55,013 nucleotides of DNA from an uncultured Anaerolineae bacterium (GTDB lineage: Bacteria > Chloroflexota > Anaerolineae > SpSt-600), in the NCBI GenBank assembly GCA_964655275.1, contig CAZZMI010000004.1, positions 1 through 55,013 of the forward strand, in the 5' to 3' direction. The notes beneath the pieces are model-generated. The model did not search any database, was not told the DNA's origin, and saw only the letters and a list, made by a program, of their open reading frames with translations. Of this stretch, positions 38,173 through 48,227 are shown one piece after another. The translations under genes and the position numbers were made by a program. The number at the start of each line of letters is the position of its first letter. The stretch's first letter is position 1.

Positions 38173-39044
38173 AGCTCCTCCTCCTGTGCGAAGGTTTCAA
38201 AAATCCCATAACCTTCCTGGCGAGCTGCTATGTCCAGAGGCAAAGTGATTATCCGTTCCACTGGGAGCAGTGGCTCCTCCACCAGCTCCCGTAAATCTAT
38301 TACCTTTAGATAACGGCGACAACGATCGCAAAGGTATAGCCGATATTTACCGTTTTCCGAAGGCACATAAAGATACTGGTCAGGATTATCGTTGCCGCAG
38401 AAAGGACAAGAAAGCCTTCGGTAGGGCCATTCAAAATCGCAGCGGGAACAGAGCAGCCAACGAGCTCCATAGGGTTTGGTTAAAGCTGCAAAATCTGGCT
38501 CCCCGCCGCAGACCGGACAATAAGGTTTATACCATGTTTCAATGTTTATAAGTGGGGCTAACATGCGTGCATAGCAGCGCAGGAAGGGATGAAAAGTATT
38601 GTTAAGCACAAACTGAAAAAGGTGCGGCTTAAATCCTGTTTCCTTTGCCAGGAGATCAGCCTCGCCCCGGAGGTAATATCTGGACGCTGAAAGTAAGCGA
38701 TCATCCTGGCCACCAGGCCAGCGGCTTATGGGCTCCAAAGCAGGAGCTAAATCAGGAAAATAGCGGGCGGTAATGGCGCAAATCTCTTCCCATAACCATC
38801 GGATTTGCCCGGAATCGGCCTGAAAATCTTCGGGGACTAATGCTGGGAAACCCCTGCTAAGCCTGGCCTCAACACTTTCTCCTGAAAGAGGGGGCGGGAA
38901 AAAAGCGGTTTCCACGCGCGCTTGTGCTGAGAAGATAGCCAGATAGGGCATACTTATTTCCCTTAACTCCGGCCGTTCCGCTATACGACGATTCAACTCC
39001 TCGGCCAACTCTTTGGCCTCCACAGGCCTGGCTTTGGCTTCCAT
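38169..39044 (-). CDS. fdhE: Formate dehydrogenase maturation protein FdhE
   Basis: CPVCGG, LLCSRCDFEW, RLSCPFCGN, CDRCRRYLK; first gene of the fdh operon; start MEAKARP at 39044. Confidence 0.9.
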   Translation of the reverse strand: MEAKARPVEAKELAEELNRRIAERPELREISMPYLAIFSAQARVETAFFPPPLSGESVEARLSRGFPALVPEDFQADSGQIRWLWEEICAITARYFPDLAPALEPISRWPGGQDDRLLSASRYYLRGEADLLAKETGFKPHLFQFVLNNTFHPFLRCYARMLAPLINIETWYKPYCPVCGGEPDFAALTKPYGARWLLCSRCDFEWPYRRLSCPFCGNDNPDQYLYVPSENGKYRLYLCDRCRRYLKVIDLRELVEEPLLPVERIITLPLDIAARQEGYGIFETFAQEEEL

Positions 39045-39072
39045 AAAGACCTCATCGGCTTTAGCTTTTTGC

Positions 39073-39101
39073 ATTATAACAAAATTGGCTATTATTGTCA
39101 A
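39073..39101 (-). promoter_or_regulatory. Sigma70-type promoter of the fdhE-fdnGHI-REC operon
   Basis: Minus strand TTGACA-17 bp-TATAAT with extended TG. Confidence 0.8.
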
Positions 39102-39104
39102 GAT

Positions 39105-39839
39105 TTAACTTCCAGTCGGAGCAGGAACAAAGAGCCAGCTGATCTCCTCCTTTAACCTCTTATCATAAGAAGGGTCAGAATCTATTGCCTCCTCCACCTG
39201 GGAAAGGAGGGTCTCCGCACTTTCAGCTCCTTCAGTATATTCCCTGAGAAGAAGGTATAAACCAAAACAAAAATCTATAGGGTTTGCCTTTCCCTCCTTA
39301 AGCCTGGCCAGGGCCTCCTCCGCCTCTTCCCGATCCTCAATATCAAGTTGAGGGAAGAGGAGCTTCACTGCCCCTAAAAAGACATGAGGCTTGGCTCTGT
39401 AGCGGGAGAAAACTGTTAGGAATTCTCTCCGGATTTTACTTCTAATTCGCATATCATGGTGCCGGAGCAAATATTGAGCCAGGGTGCTGTAAATTCCATC
39501 AAATCCAACCCCTATCGTCTGCCCTCTTATGGTTATATCCAGGAGGCTAGTTCTCGCTAAAACCAGATAACCCAGGCCAGCTACAATTGCCCTTACCAGG
39601 GGATTTTCCAGAGAAGGAAGGAGCTCGCTGCGCACCAATACTCCGCCAAGGTAAGGTAATGCCCAGTACACAATGCCGCAAAAGAGAGCATTAAGTAAAG
39701 CGAAGAAAATGTAATAGGGGGAAAAGAAAATTTCCTGGAAGCTCCGGGCTTGGTACTTGCTCAAAAGCTCCATAGAACTTGCCACAACTGCGATGATAAC
39801 TGCTATGAGGCCAAAGAGCAGAGATTTAATCTCCGGCAT
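39105..39839 (-). CDS. Hypothetical membrane protein (about 3 N-terminal TMs plus helical cytoplasmic domain)
   Basis: 244 aa ORF with three hydrophobic segments; 5 nt after the upstream gene. Confidence 0.7.
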   Translation of the reverse strand: MPEIKSLLFGLIAVIIAVVASSMELLSKYQARSFQEIFFSPYYIFFALLNALFCGIVYWALPYLGGVLVRSELLPSLENPLVRAIVAGLGYLVLARTSLLDITIRGQTIGVGFDGIYSTLAQYLLRHHDMRIRSKIRREFLTVFSRYRAKPHVFLGAVKLLFPQLDIEDREEAEEALARLKEGKANPIDFCFGLYLLLREYTEGAESAETLLSQVEEAIDSDPSYDKRLKEEISWLFVPAPTGS

Positions 39840-39844
39840 TGGAT

Positions 39845-40084
39845 CTACTCATTAAGGTCAATAATGTCCAGAGTATCTACAAATTCGGTTTCCTCTTCAG
39901 AGACGGGATTGGCCCTTACTTTTTCAATTCGGATAAGCCCTCTTTCTTCAAGGGTTTTCACTGCTTCCTGAATAACCCCATAAGGCAAGCGAGTGGAAAA
40001 AACCAGCTCAGCTATGGATTGCTTGCCCTGCTGTCTCAAGCTAATCAAAACCTTGCTGAGCACCTCTTTCCTTGAGTATTCCAT
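39845..40084 (-). CDS. Small winged-helix (TrmB/MarR-like) protein
   Basis: 79 aa; SIAELVFSTRLPYGVIQEAVKTLEERGLI; GGAGGTG RBS before ATG 40084; upstream TTGCCT-17-TATAAT. Confidence 0.7.
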   Translation of the reverse strand: MEYSRKEVLSKVLISLRQQGKQSIAELVFSTRLPYGVIQEAVKTLEERGLIRIEKVRANPVSEEETEFVDTLDIIDLNE

Positions 40085-40164
40085 AACTTTCACCTCCGCA
40101 GGTGTTATTATAGCATTTACGGGGCAATAAGGCAAATGCACGGTTCAGCACCTTGCAGGGATAC

Positions 40165-40209
40165 TCAATCTCCGTTGAGATTGACAAAATCGGCCGGAGA
40201 AGGTATAAA
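40165..40209 (+). promoter_or_regulatory. Promoter of GT2-kinase-hflX operon with 8-bp inverted repeat overlapping -35
   Basis: TTGACA(40181)-17 bp-TATAAA(40204); tcaatctc-cgtt-gagattga at 40165-40184. Confidence 0.65.
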
Positions 40210-40214
40210 GCTTA

Positions 40215-41003
40215 ATGGAAATTTTTCTTTCAGAGGAGGGAACCACGGCTGAGGAACTTTTCCTGAGTTTTGTTATCCCGGCTTATAACGAGGAAAAAAG
40301 GCTTCCCCGCACCCTGGAGAAGGTTCTTGATTATTTAGGAAAACAAAATTATTCCTGGGAAGTGATCGTGGTGGATGATGGGAGTGAGGATGGGACGGCA
40401 GCGGTAGCGGAGCGCTTTCAGAGCCATACTCCTAATTTGCGCCTCATCCGCAATACTCATCGCGGTAAAGGTTATGCTGTAAGAACCGGGGTTCTGGCTT
40501 CCCAGGGGAAATTTATCGTCTTTTCTGATGCTGACCTGGCCACCCCGATTGAGGAACTGCCTAAGCTCCTTGGCCCACTTCAGGAAGGTTACGATGTAGC
40601 CATTGGCTCAAGGGAGGGCATTGGTGCCCGCCGCTATGGAGAACCATGGCACCGCCACCTCATGGGCCGAATCTTTAACTTTCTGGTCAGGTTAATGGTG
40701 GTGGGCCATTATCAGGATACCCAGTGTGGCTTTAAGGGATTCCGCCGGGAAGCAGGCCACGATCTCTTCCGCCGTGTTCGCCTTTATGGGGACGATGCGG
40801 CGGAAATAAAGGGGGGAGCTGTAACTGCTTTTGATGTGGAAATACTCCTCCTTGCCCACAAAAGGGGTTATAAGGTCAAAGAAGTGCCAGTGGAATGGTA
40901 TTACGGAGAAAACACCAAAGTTAATCCCATCAAGGATTCTTTCCGCATGCTGATGGATATAATCAAAGTTCGCTGGAACGATTGGCGTGGCCTTTATGGT
41001 TGA
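40215..41003 (+). CDS. GT2 glycosyltransferase (polyprenyl/dolichyl-phosphate glycosyltransferase-like)
   Basis: VIPAYNEE, VVDDGSED, GKGYAV, SDADL, IGSR, DTQCGFK. Confidence 0.9.
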   Translation: MEIFLSEEGTTAEELFLSFVIPAYNEEKRLPRTLEKVLDYLGKQNYSWEVIVVDDGSEDGTAAVAERFQSHTPNLRLIRNTHRGKGYAVRTGVLASQGKFIVFSDADLATPIEELPKLLGPLQEGYDVAIGSREGIGARRYGEPWHRHLMGRIFNFLVRLMVVGHYQDTQCGFKGFRREAGHDLFRRVRLYGDDAAEIKGGAVTAFDVEILLLAHKRGYKVKEVPVEWYYGENTKVNPIKDSFRMLMDIIKVRWNDWRGLYG

Positions 41004-41012
41004 GGGAGAAAA

Positions 41013-42935
41013 ATGGCTTCTAAAGAGCTGGCTCGCTGGCTTAAAGAACGTAAAGATTTAGTGGTAGTCAAGTGGATAAGAGCCGTAAGGAAAGTAAGTC
41101 CTGGGACTGATGCCCTCCTCTCAACGCGAGAATTAGGGGCTCGCCACCTTGAAGCTCTATATGAAGCATTCATTTTAGCCCTGGAAAAGGATGACACTGC
41201 AACCTTAGAAGCTATCCTGGAACAATTGGTCCGAGACCGCCTCAAGCGAGAATATAACCTTCGGGAAGTCCTGGTCATTGCCACAGAGCTCAAGAAAACC
41301 TGCTGGGAAGAGATCACTAAAGAATTCCCCTCTCTCCAAGCCATGGAATACATCAGGGCGACAGATGAAATCTTTAACCATATGATCGTAAAAATGGCCA
41401 ACACGTTCACCGAAGAAAGCTTTGCCCTTATCAAAAGGCTTAATAAGAGCCTTGAGCAAAAGGTAAGGGAAAGGACTAAAGAGTTGCAGAAGATCAAGGA
41501 TGAACTGGAACGCATAGACAAAGCCAAATCCGATTTCATCCGAATAGCCGCCCACGAACTGCGTACTCCTCTAACCTTGATCCAGGGCTACGTAGGGATG
41601 TTGACGGCTGAAGGTTTTCCTGAGAAAGAACGTTTCCGTTCCATACTCCAAGGGTTAAACAAAGGTATAGCGAGGCTTGAGTCCATAATTCGTGACCTCA
41701 TAGATGTCTCTTACATTGATGCTGAAGTCCTTACCCTGAGCATTCAACCTGTATCAATGCCTCAAATCTTCCAGTCCCTTGTGGTGGAATTTCAACCCGC
41801 CCTCCAGTCCAGGCGCCTGAATCTTACTATTTCAGGCTTAGAGGAATTGCCCCAGGTGGAAGGCGATCCCCAGCGACTTCGTCAAGTTTTCTACAACCTC
41901 CTCAGCAACGCCATAAAATACACCCCCGATGGCGGCTCCATTACCGTTACCGGAAATTTAATCAAGGGGGAAACAGACTTTGTCCACATAGCCATTAAGG
42001 ATACAGGGATAGGTATCCCACCCGATAAGCTTGAACGTATCTTTGACAAGTTCTACCGGGTTGAAGATTTCAAGCACCACAGCACCAGCAAAACCGAATT
42101 CAAAGGAGCAGGGCCTGGACTTGGGCTCACCATTGCCAAAGGGGTAGTGGAAGCGCATGGGGGCAAGATCTGGGCTGAAAGTCCTGGTTACGATGAAGAA
42201 CGCTTCCCAGGAAGCACTTTCCATGTCCTTTTGCCTGTTAAAGCCCAGCCCTCAAGTAATGTATACGTTCATCAACTTAAGATGCCTGTTAGAGCCGTAA
42301 TTTTTGATTTAGATGGGGTCATGGTGGACACGGCCCCTTACCACTTCCAGGCCTGGCAGAAAGCTCTGGCTGAATTTGGCCTGGAAATGAGCTACGAACA
42401 ATTCCGCTCCACTTTTGGAATGCGGAACCAGGAAATAATCCGTGCTATTTTCGGCTCCAGGTTTACCTCTGAACAAGTGGAAGAAATCGGCCGGCGTAAG
42501 GACCTTATTTACCGGGAACTTGTATACAAACACCTGACCCCAATGCCTGGCCTTTTGAGACTGATCCAGGACCTCAAAGCAAAGCGATTCCGCATCGCTG
42601 TAGCTACCTCTACCTCCAAAGCCAATGCCTCTCTCATCCTTAAAACCCTGAAACTTGAGCACGAAATAGTGGCCCTTGTAACTGAAGAAGATGTAGAAAA
42701 TGGCAAACCGGACCCGGAAATTTTCCTCAAAGCAGCTGAAAAATGTCTGGCTGAACCTGAAAACTGCATTGTTATAGAGGACTCCCCAGCGGGGATCCAG
42801 GCGGCAAAGGCTGCCGGAATGAAAGTCATTGCCCTGACTACCACCAGACCTCCAGAAGAACTTAAAGAGGCCGATTTGATAGTGGAAAATCTTATGATGC
42901 TGACCCCGGAAATCTTGGAGAGTCTGCTGGAATAA
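41013..42935 (+). CDS. Soluble histidine kinase (RsbRD_N-like sensor) fused to HAD-family phosphatase (beta-phosphoglucomutase-like)
   Basis: AAHELRTPL, NLLSNAIKYT, DTGIGI, GPGLGL; then in frame IFDLDGVMVDT, VATS, GKPDPEIF, IEDSPAG. Confidence 0.88.
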   Translation: MASKELARWLKERKDLVVVKWIRAVRKVSPGTDALLSTRELGARHLEALYEAFILALEKDDTATLEAILEQLVRDRLKREYNLREVLVIATELKKTCWEEITKEFPSLQAMEYIRATDEIFNHMIVKMANTFTEESFALIKRLNKSLEQKVRERTKELQKIKDELERIDKAKSDFIRIAAHELRTPLTLIQGYVGMLTAEGFPEKERFRSILQGLNKGIARLESIIRDLIDVSYIDAEVLTLSIQPVSMPQIFQSLVVEFQPALQSRRLNLTISGLEELPQVEGDPQRLRQVFYNLLSNAIKYTPDGGSITVTGNLIKGETDFVHIAIKDTGIGIPPDKLERIFDKFYRVEDFKHHSTSKTEFKGAGPGLGLTIAKGVVEAHGGKIWAESPGYDEERFPGSTFHVLLPVKAQPSSNVYVHQLKMPVRAVIFDLDGVMVDTAPYHFQAWQKALAEFGLEMSYEQFRSTFGMRNQEIIRAIFGSRFTSEQVEEIGRRKDLIYRELVYKHLTPMPGLLRLIQDLKAKRFRIAVATSTSKANASLILKTLKLEHEIVALVTEEDVENGKPDPEIFLKAAEKCLAEPENCIVIEDSPAGIQAAKAAGMKVIALTTTRPPEELKEADLIVENLMMLTPEILESLLE

Positions 42936-42942
42936 AGGGGCT

Positions 42943-44277
42943 ATGAGCAAGAGGATTATTCCCATAAACCAGGAAGAAGAAAGAGCCATTCTTGTAGGAG
43001 TTGAACTCAAAGGCAAGCCTTCCAGGTGGTCAGTAGAAGATTCCCTGGCCGAGCTTGCCCAGCTTGCCTGGACTGCAGGTGTACGGGTAGTGGGGCAAAC
43101 TTATCAGAAACTTGAACGCATAAACCCCGCTACATTTATTGGTCCCGGCAAGGTGGAAGAGCTCAAGGCTATGAAAGAGGCTTTAGGCTGCAACCTCATC
43201 ATCTTTGACGATGAACTATCCCCTCGCCAGCAGCGGGAACTGGAAAAAGCCCTCAAGGTTAAGATAATAGACCGGACTGTCCTTATTCTGGACATCTTTG
43301 CCCGCCACGCCCGTACCCACGAGGGGCGAATACAGGTAGAGCTGGCTCAGTACCAGTATCGCCTTCCTCGCCTCACCCGCTACTGGACCCACCTTTCCCG
43401 TCAGGTAGGGAGTCCGGCTGGAGGACGCAGCACCATGAGAGGGCCAGGTGGGGGGAGCACCGGAGTTGGCCTGAGAGGGCCCGGTGAAACCCAGCTGGAG
43501 ATGGACAGGCGCCGGATAAAAGAAAGGATTGCTCACCTCAAGGAAGAACTGGAGCACATAAAAACCCACCGCCAGCTTTACCGTCAGAGAAGAAAAAGCG
43601 CGGGTATACCGGTAGTAGCCATAGTCGGATACACCAACGCAGGCAAATCCACCCTCCTGAATGCCCTGGCCAATGCTGACGTTCTGGTGGAGGATAAGCT
43701 CTTTGCCACCCTTGACCCCACCACCAGAAGGGTAAAACTCCCCAGCGGAAAAGAGGTCCTGATGACCGATACCGTCGGATTCATTCAGAAACTGCCCCCT
43801 CAACTTCTGGCTGCCTTCCGGGCTACCCTTGAAGAAGTCCTGGATGCGGACATAATAATCCATGTGGTTGATATAACCAATCCTCATGCTCTCAACCAGA
43901 GCCGGACAGTTTGGGACATACTCCATGACCTTGGAGCCAATACCAAGCCCATAATCACTGCCCTGAATAAAATTGATAAACTTGAGAACCCTGGCAAGGT
44001 GGAAGAGCTCGCCTCTTACTTCCCCAATGTAATACCCATATCGGCTTTGAAGAAGATAGGCCTTGATAGACTCATGGGGAAAGTGGAAGAAATTTTGCAG
44101 AAGAAATACGAGCGGGTGGAACTTTTCATCCCTTACACCCAGAGTTACCTGCTGAGCCTATTCCGACAGTGGGGGATAGTGGAGAGCGAAGAGCCTAATG
44201 AGAGTGGAGTTTACATCCGTGGTTATGTTCCTCCTGATCTGATGGGGAGACTTGAGAAAGTAAAAGGTCTTAATTAG
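42943..44277 (+). CDS. hflX: GTPase HflX
   Basis: GPGETQLE, GYTNAGKST, DKLFATLD, DTVGFI, NKID. Confidence 0.96.
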   Translation: MSKRIIPINQEEERAILVGVELKGKPSRWSVEDSLAELAQLAWTAGVRVVGQTYQKLERINPATFIGPGKVEELKAMKEALGCNLIIFDDELSPRQQRELEKALKVKIIDRTVLILDIFARHARTHEGRIQVELAQYQYRLPRLTRYWTHLSRQVGSPAGGRSTMRGPGGGSTGVGLRGPGETQLEMDRRRIKERIAHLKEELEHIKTHRQLYRQRRKSAGIPVVAIVGYTNAGKSTLLNALANADVLVEDKLFATLDPTTRRVKLPSGKEVLMTDTVGFIQKLPPQLLAAFRATLEEVLDADIIIHVVDITNPHALNQSRTVWDILHDLGANTKPIITALNKIDKLENPGKVEELASYFPNVIPISALKKIGLDRLMGKVEEILQKKYERVELFIPYTQSYLLSLFRQWGIVESEEPNESGVYIRGYVPPDLMGRLEKVKGLN

Positions 44278-44283
44278 TCTCTA

Positions 44284-44721
44284 TCATTTCCGGTGGAACT
44301 TCAGGGGTTTTATGCCGTTATAAACCTTGCCTGCGGTTAGAACCCTGAGGACACGGTGAGGATCCACCACCCCTATTTTATCGCCGTATCTTTCCACCAG
44401 CTCTGCTGCCGAAAGAGGTTCATTGCGGTTGAGCAAAAACACCCGGAAAATGGCCTTAGTTATGGGTAAATCGGGATTTATGTAATCAGGCTTCTGGCCG
44501 CAGCAGGAAATAAGGGCTTCCCAGAGCCCGTTCAATTGTCTTACCTCCGCTGTCTCAGGATCTATCCAATCTATGGAAATAGCCCGGCTAAAATCTTTAA
44601 AACGCTCTTTACACTCCGGGCATAGCTCTTCATAAAGGAAAAAATTGAAATCTTTTCCCTCTTTTTCCCACCATTCCAGGTCTATGTGAAGCTTCGTATC
44701 AATGTTCACCAATCCCCTCAT
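44284..44721 (-). CDS. Hypothetical protein with conserved-looking Cys residues (possible metal binding)
   Basis: 145 aa; IDLEWW, CPEC, IDWIDPETAEV, CC; GGAGG RBS. Confidence 0.75.
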   Translation of the reverse strand: MRGLVNIDTKLHIDLEWWEKEGKDFNFFLYEELCPECKERFKDFSRAISIDWIDPETAEVRQLNGLWEALISCCGQKPDYINPDLPITKAIFRVFLLNRNEPLSAAELVERYGDKIGVVDPHRVLRVLTAGKVYNGIKPLKFHRK

Positions 44722-44732
44722 TTCCTCCTCTC

Positions 44733-46304
44733 CTATGCCTTGCTCTCGTCAAAGGACCAGTAGCCGCTACCTTTGTATGTAAAACATGGATGAGAGTTCA
44801 ATTCGGCCAGGAGTGGCGGCGGCGGACACCGCTTTATCAGGTTAACGGCAGTGTAAAGAGTCAAAGAATGAACTGTGCCTTGTGGGCTGAGCTTTAAAAG
44901 TTCAGGGAAAATCTGGAGCAGGATTTCATAAAGGCTTTTGCCACTGGAATCCATCTTGCGTTTAAGAGCATCTATCTTCTCCCTTTCGCCGTCCATTATC
45001 ATCATAAGCTCATCAAAGTCACAGGTAAGTTGCCTGAGCTGGATTTCAAAAACGAGGCGTTCATTCTGCACCCTGGCCACCTTTACCCAGTCTTTCTTTA
45101 TACGCCGTGGAGCATATTTTATGATTACTTCTGTGGGATTTCTACCCTTAGTGAGGGTTATGTAAGTACCAGCTGTAGCTCCTATCTTTTCATACCACTC
45201 TTTCAACCCCGCTACATAGCCTTTTGCATGGACAGCCCAACCGTAGAATTTCTCCCCTTTTACACCATCTATGAAGTTTATCAAAGTTACTCCAGATTCG
45301 CCTTCGGGGAAGAAGGTAGCAGTCCTGGGGGTTATAGGTAATGTGCCTGACCTTAGATGATGGTAGGGCAAAGCTATTGTTACGCTATCCCCTGTTTTGG
45401 GGAGGGCCTGGAAAAATTCCCACTCAGTAGCTTCGTCTTCTATGTTCAGGGCAAGTTCCTCCAATTCCGGGGAAAGGGCTTCTTTTCTATAAGGCAATGG
45501 CAAATAAACCAGCCTTTCGGCTTCCTGGGTTACTTCTGGAGGCTCAAAGCGCCGCAAGAACCATAAAGGTTGTCCTTTAGGCCCCACCTGGGAAAATCTC
45601 TTGTCCTGAGCCATGGCAACGTTGAGGGAAAAAACTTGCAGGCTCATGGGGTATGTACTGGGCAGATCCAGGTGTTTTAGGATCTCATTGGGACTTAGAG
45701 GACGCTGCGCTATTTCTATAGCTGCTTCAGCTATGTTGAGGTGACCTTCATGGATCTCAGGCATAAGGGCCTTTAGGAACCACAGGTTACCAAAGGAAAC
45801 AAACTCATCCTCCTGAGCAAGTCTTCTGGCCACGGCCAAGCCTATAGTGCGGCCATAACGCTCAATAATGGTTTTAGCATCAAAGCCGTAGCGAATAAGC
45901 CAATCCTCAGGCGTTTCCTGATCCAGTTTGTGAGGCTTCCCGAGGGCAGAAGCGAACTCCTTTATTTCACCACCGTCGGAAAACTTCACCTTTATAACCT
46001 CAAATTCCCCGTACTCAGGGTTATAGCCAGGTCTAACGCCCAGCACAGTGGCTCTGGTAAAACCATAGGAAGGGAAGAAAATTTCCTGGCCTGGCTTATA
46101 AGAATACGCAGGTTTATAAATAAATCCCTCTTCCAGAAGCCTTGTTAGCCTTGTTTTTTCCTCCTCTTTTGCCTTTTCCACCAGGGCTAAGACAAGTTCC
46201 TCCAAGGGCAACGGACAACCCTTTTCCAGTATAAGCGCATATATTAATTCAATGTCTTCAGGCTTCAGGTCAAAATTTTCCCACCTGGATTGGTCCAGCA
46301 ACAT
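44733..46304 (-). CDS. Hypothetical multidomain protein (possible nucleic-acid binding)
   Basis: Long ORF; start moved to ATG 46304 (GGAGG RBS) because the ORF-track TTG lies only 3 nt from the -10 box of a TTGCTT-17-TATAAT promoter. Confidence 0.75.
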   Translation of the reverse strand: MLLDQSRWENFDLKPEDIELIYALILEKGCPLPLEELVLALVEKAKEEEKTRLTRLLEEGFIYKPAYSYKPGQEIFFPSYGFTRATVLGVRPGYNPEYGEFEVIKVKFSDGGEIKEFASALGKPHKLDQETPEDWLIRYGFDAKTIIERYGRTIGLAVARRLAQEDEFVSFGNLWFLKALMPEIHEGHLNIAEAAIEIAQRPLSPNEILKHLDLPSTYPMSLQVFSLNVAMAQDKRFSQVGPKGQPLWFLRRFEPPEVTQEAERLVYLPLPYRKEALSPELEELALNIEDEATEWEFFQALPKTGDSVTIALPYHHLRSGTLPITPRTATFFPEGESGVTLINFIDGVKGEKFYGWAVHAKGYVAGLKEWYEKIGATAGTYITLTKGRNPTEVIIKYAPRRIKKDWVKVARVQNERLVFEIQLRQLTCDFDELMMIMDGEREKIDALKRKMDSSGKSLYEILLQIFPELLKLSPQGTVHSLTLYTAVNLIKRCPPPPLLAELNSHPCFTYKGSGYWSFDESKA

Positions 46305-46430
46305 CAACCCCTCCACTGTTCGCTCTTTATCAAAAACCAATTAATTATACCCACCCTCTGCCTTTAAAGCAACTTGCACGGAAATGGTCTGGAAAATTGA
46401 GAGACATCCTTTTGGTTGCCCTCCATACTT

Positions 46431-46459
46431 TTGACAAATGCGGGAAGGAATGGTAAAAT
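46431..46459 (+). promoter_or_regulatory. Sigma70-type promoter of the proS leader
   Basis: TTGACA-17 bp-TAAAAT with extended TG. Confidence 0.85.
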
Positions 46460-46477
46460 AAAAAACGGAGGAGGCGT

Positions 46478-46555
46478 ATGAAAAAAGTTTTCCCATTGCC
46501 GTGCCCGATACCGCGCCTTTATCCAGACCCCGGTCTGGGTATGCCGGGTTGTTAA
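46478..46555 (+). CDS. Proline-rich leader peptide of proS attenuator (MKKVFPLPCPIPRLYPDPGLGMPGC)
   Basis: GGAGGAGG RBS at 46467-46474, ATG...TAA, 7 Pro of 25 codons, directly upstream of a terminator and proS. Confidence 0.82.
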   Translation: MKKVFPLPCPIPRLYPDPGLGMPGC

Positions 46556-46579
46556 TGGGTTAAGGTGTGGTGTTAACAG

Positions 46580-46615
46580 GGCCGGCCCCCAGACCATAAG
46601 GGGGCCGGTTTTTTT
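46580..46615 (+). terminator. Intrinsic attenuator terminator in the proS leader
   Basis: ccggccccc-agaccataa-gggggccgg followed by 7 T; the 5' arm and loop are complementary to leader segment 46532-46547 (antiterminator). Confidence 0.85.
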
Positions 46616-46635
46616 AATCCCTTAAGGAGGGGTAA

Positions 46636-48066
<1,431 letters not shown>

Positions 48067-48115
48067 TAGATGCCCCCTCCCGAAGGATGTGGTGGTGTTC
48101 CCCGTTTTGTAAGAC

Positions 48116-48160
48116 GGGGGCAAATTGTTAGCATTGGCCGTTAGCCCGGGAGGGTGGGGG
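48116..48160. repeat. REP-like imperfect palindrome, related copy at 54865-54945
   Basis: gggcaaattgttagcattggccgttagccc vs gggctaattgctaatgccggccgtttgccc; adjacent hairpin ccccgt...acgggg may terminate proS. Confidence 0.5.
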
Positions 48161-48166
48161 AAATTT

Positions 48167-48195
48167 TTGCACTTGCTTAACCTGTATGCTATAAT
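48167..48195 (+). promoter_or_regulatory. Sigma70-type promoter
   Basis: TTGCAC-17 bp-TATAAT with extended TG. Confidence 0.7.
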
Positions 48196-48227
48196 TCTTC
48201 CACGAATTTTTCCTCAGGGGAATAAAG

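Noticed and set aside
39045-39101. Extended N-termini in the ORF track (fdhE 39101, murE 1743, 46340, 51508, 40141)
   Set aside because: These starts fall within promoter boxes or upstream genes; downstream starts have RBSs or translational coupling.
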